A stretch of DNA of 64,000 bases from an uncultured Acidobacteriota bacterium. GTDB lineage: Bacteria > Acidobacteriota > Blastocatellia > RBC074. Below the pieces are notes generated by a model, which was given only the letters and a program-made list of their open reading frames with translations, did no database searches and was not told the DNA's origin. Position numbers and translations under genes: made by a program. Location of the stretch: positions 82,595 to 146,594 of the forward strand of contig CAVUOF010000017.1 in assembly GCA_963743045.1 (NCBI GenBank), written 5' to 3'. How positions within the stretch are numbered: position 1 is the stretch's first letter; each line of letters opens with the position of its first letter. Shown piece after piece: positions 60,496 to 64,000 of this stretch.

Positions 60496-60665
60496 CGCGC
60501 CAAGGGCGCGACCTGGAATAGCCCAGGGCGCAGCCCTGGGTCAGGATCGAGATTCGTCGAGCCCTATTAGTGGTGTCATATCGCGCCCTGACAGGGCGCT
60601 GGATCTTTTCGATTTATACCCGGGGCTTCGCCCCGGGCTATTACAGGTCGCGCCTTTGGCGCGCC
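60496..60665. mobile_element. Repeat family A, full inverted doublet (REPIN/MITE-like)
   Basis: The left arm cgcgccaagggcgcgacctggaatagcccagggcgcagccctggg faces the right arm cccggggcttcgccccgggctattacaggtcgcgcctttggcgcgcc. Confidence 0.8.
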
Positions 60666-60701
60666 AGAATCCAATATCCGGTCGTCCTGTGGCGTTCCCA
60701 T

Positions 60702-60728
60702 AAAAAAGGAGCGGCACAGGCCGCTCCT
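60702..60728 (-). terminator. Rho-independent terminator of the TonB-dependent-receptor-like gene
   Basis: On the - strand, ggagcggc-ctgt-gccgctcc is followed by tttttt, starting about 20 nt after the stop at 60751. Confidence 0.75.
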
Positions 60729-60750
60729 CAATGTTCAGTTCATGCCAGGT

Positions 60751-63700
60751 CTAGAAGGTGATTCCCAGTCCAAAGAAGATATTCCTTGGCGTTCCATTCC
60801 CATTGGTCGATGTAATCCGACCGAAGTTCGTGCTGTCGAAAGTCTGATCGGCGAACGCGAACTGAGGGTGATTGAAAGCATTCAGGAACGTCGCATGGAA
60901 ATCTACCGTCGCCCGCTCCGTGATCTTGGTTCTCTTGACGATGTTGAAATCGACCTGTGAGAACCCGGGCTGATTGAGAAGGCCTCTCGGGAAGTTGCCA
61001 AATGTGCCGGGCGCCGGAGCTGCAAACAACCCCGCACTTGCGGTAGCCGAGTTGACTAATCCTGTCGCCGCAGCCGTGGTGGTCGTCAGCAGCTTCGGAT
61101 CGATGAAGAATATCCCGGTGGGAGTTTTGAACAAGCCGACACTGTTCTGGAAATCCTTGAAGCTCATTCCGGTCAGGAGGGCTGGATTCAATCCTACGCT
61201 CGAGCCTGGACTGCCGCCGGTGAAGGAATTGAAGGTTGATCGATTCGAGAAGACCGAAAAGGGCAAGCCCGATTGAACGGTCACGATACCGGTCACCTCC
61301 CATCCTTCGATAGCCTTGCGCACCGGCGCAGGACCGCTGTTCAGCCATCGATGCCCCTGGCCGAACGGGAGCTCATAGATAAAGTTCGAAATGAATCTAT
61401 GAGTCTGATCGAAGCTTGCCCGGTGAATGTCAAGGCTCGGGTTTCGCAGCGTGAGGTACGAGTTGAGAGAGCTCTGGGAATTAATGCCCGTGTTCGTATT
61501 GGCGTCAGTGTCGGTCATCACCTTACTGAATGTGTAATCGGCCTGAAACGAGAATCCGCGTGTCAAACGCTTACGGATCTCCACCTGGAGCGAGTGATAC
61601 TTCGAGAATGAGGCATTGGTCAGCAGGTCGGCAAATGCTGCGTTCGGGTTGGCGACGAAGAAGTTCGGCGCCAATGCAGTCCGCGTACCAGCGTAGGTTG
61701 GACTGAATGCAAGGGTTGCCCCAAGCGTGCCTACGTTATTGTTTTGCAGATTGCTGATGAACGTCGCATTGGTGAAACCTGAGGCTGCCGGCAGCCCATT
61801 GAAGAGCGCGGTGAAGATCGGGAGAGGTACCGTTCCCGCCTTGCCGGGAGCAAAGGTAGTACCGCCGTTGACCGCAAGGTTCGTCTGAGCGTTGAGGAAC
61901 TCCTTCAGGAAGCCATTCTCAAAGATATTGACTTCGTTGAGGTTGATCGCGCGATATACCTTGATGGCGTGATTGCCCACGTAGCGGATCTCGATCGCGG
62001 TGTCCCGGGCTATTTCACGCTCGATTCCGAATGACCACTGCTGGACATAAGGTACACGAAGATTCGGATCGAAGGTCCACAGCCCATTGTTCGAGTTTTT
62101 CTGAAGGTTTGCCGCATCAGTGATTGGAATCTGAAACGCGGGTGCGGGAAGCGGAAGGCCGCCCGCGGTCAGCACGCCCGTCGGTGTGTTGTTCGCCTGG
62201 GCCTGAATCAGCCCAGGATTTGTAGTTCCAGTCCCGAGAGCATTGCTGACAATCGTGAAGCCATCATGGAGGTAGCTCATCGAGTATCCGGCACGGATCG
62301 AGCTCTTGCCATCCTTGCCGAAGATCCAGCTCAGAGGACCGCTCTCAAAATTCGGAGAGTAGGCGATGCCGATGAAGGGCGCAAAATTGTTCCAGTCGTT
62401 GTTGTAAAGGTTCTTGCCCGTGTCCCCGCTGACGAAGTCGAGCGAAGTCGGTGCAGTGCCCTTCAGTACGCCCGGGTTGAAGAGGTTGCCAACACCGGTA
62501 ATGCCGTACAGGCCGGCAATACCGTTCGTCGGCTGGATACCCAGACCATCCGGGAGCGTCGGCACTCCTTCCCATTCCCACCTGAGACCGTAGTTGACAG
62601 TCAGATTGCGCTTAGCGCGCCACTGATCCTGAGCATAGAGATTTATGTCCCGCTGCTTGAATACTCGGGATCGCGTGGCGCCCGGAACAAATCCGGACGA
62701 CGGACTTGTAACGTTGAAGGTCTGAGTCGCGTTGTTAAGGAACCCGGTGACGTCGGCAAAGATGTTATGAGCCCGGTTGACAATTGCCGTTCCAGTCGCG
62801 CCGGCCGGGAGATTCGGGAATGATGAGGCCGTTATTCCATCGCTGTTTGCCGAGTTTGTGCCCAGCGTGATCACCGGCCAGATGCCCGCGTCGTTGTAGG
62901 TGATCGCGCTGATTGACTGCACATCTGTGCCTACGCGCACCGTGTGCGAGCCCTTGACGTAGGAGAAATTGTCGAGGAACTGGTAGACGATCGTATTGCG
63001 TCCCTGCGGACATGAATTGGAGCCTGGCATTGGTTACACCATCAACGCCTGCAGTGCCCGGGAAGGTTACGAAGTAGGGATCCGGAGGCGGAGCATCACG
63101 CGTGAATCCGACCGGCGCACGCTGATGCCCGAAGCGAGCCTCATTGGTGGCCCGAGCCCCGAACGTCGACTGAATCGCCGCAGCCGCGAGCGTTCGAATT
63201 GAGCTCTGACTGGCGCTGATTCCACCCGGAAACGGCGCCTCGTTACTGTTGAACGTGTCCGGGCTGATCAGGAAGCTGCCGCGATGGTAAACGAGCTCGA
63301 GCTTGTGAGATCCGAAGCGCTGGCTGTCGATAAGGCTCTGGTCGATGCGGAAGTTGTAGCGGTTGTTCGGATCAGCACCGGGTACGTTGTACTGGAAGCC
63401 TTGCGTATTGAGGCCGTCGCCCACGAGTGAATTGTTGGGCAGGGGCATTGCGTTCAAGAACGATGTAGTCACTGGATTGAGCGTCTTCGCATTTCCGATC
63501 GTCAGCAGGTTAACCGTCTGTGTCTGCCCGTTCGATCCGACGTAGTTGAAGAGGCCCAGGCGAGCTTGGGGCGTCAGTACCGTACGGTTGCGTGTCGCCG
63601 AGAACGGTTCGCGAAAGCCTTCGTACGAGAAGAACCAGAAGCTCTTGTCTCGGCCATCGTAACCGGCCGGACCAAAAACCTTCTTGGGTAGAACGATCGG

Positions 63701-64000
63701 ACCACTGAGCGCGAATCCGAAGTAGTTCTGGCGAATTATGGTTCGTGGCGTATGGTTGACATTGTTGAAGAAACTATTGGCATTCAGGAAGTCATTGTGG
63801 TGCTCCCAGAAGACGCTCCCATGGAGAGCGTTGCCACCCGATGGCGTCACCATGCGAACCTGTGCGACTCCCCGGCCCGAATCTGAGCCCACCGTTCCAA
63901 CGGTGATGCTGAATTCGGCCGTCGAGTTGAGCGTCGGAGCGGTGAGCGCGAAGAACGAGTCCGTCTTGACGAAGTTGTCCATCGCGTTGATGCCGTCCTG
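60751..64000 (-). CDS. TonB-dependent-receptor-like outer-membrane beta-barrel (large acidobacterial type); 5' end outside the window; one frame break within about 62990-63035
   Basis: ORF 62765..63982 (and beyond) continues into ORF 60751..63030 (..TIVYQFLDNFSYVKGSHTVRVGTDVQ..). The sequence is Gly/Asn/Thr/Phe-rich with beta-strand periodicity. The terminal ..IFFGLGITF* ends in the aromatic residue typical of OMPs. Confidence 0.8.

Noticed and set aside
4812-60665. Whether the dispersed repeats could be a CRISPR array
   Set aside because: The copies are scattered over 56 kb, occur in both orientations as inverted doublets, have no regular repeat-spacer periodicity, and no cas genes are present.

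Overview
GC-rich bacterial chromosomal segment. It is probably from an Acidobacteria-like soil organism; this is an inference from an ADOP-type duplicated FtsX permease, a large TonB-dependent-receptor-like barrel ending in Phe, and several dense REP/MITE-like repeat families.

Gene content, left to right:
- Housekeeping genes: lysS, a LolC/E permease, rnc, rdgB, PBP1A, tRNA-Leu(UAA).
- Four tandem paralogues of an uncharacterised secreted ~330-aa protein (6.4-11.4 kb).
- An HD-hydrolase/TonB-C/BNR-propeller operon.
- Several secreted peptidases (M20, metzincins, S9).
- A ~14 kb Wzm/Wzt (ABC-transporter-dependent) polysaccharide locus (20.7-35.0 kb) with multi-domain glycosyltransferases, coiled-coil methyltransferase and glycosyltransferase proteins, and a GT-C enzyme.
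- A rhodanese/ArsR/SRPBCC block.
- A small signalling-type cluster (zinc-ribbon/FHA, methyltransferase, receiver domain, NYN).

Three caveats and highlights:
1. At least about 27 recognisable genes or gene parts continue in another reading frame, roughly one break per 2-3 kb, several of them at short homopolymers. The consensus therefore probably carries indel errors, and pseudogene calls are unsafe.
2. The rhodanese gene has an in-frame TGA exactly at the catalytic-cysteine position, followed by a two-tier hairpin. It is a candidate selenocysteine protein.
3. Almost every larger intergenic gap holds one of at least five families of hairpin, REPIN or MITE-like repeats.

No CRISPR array, rRNA, intact transposase or recognisable defence system was seen. 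All family assignments come from motif recognition by eye, not from searches.
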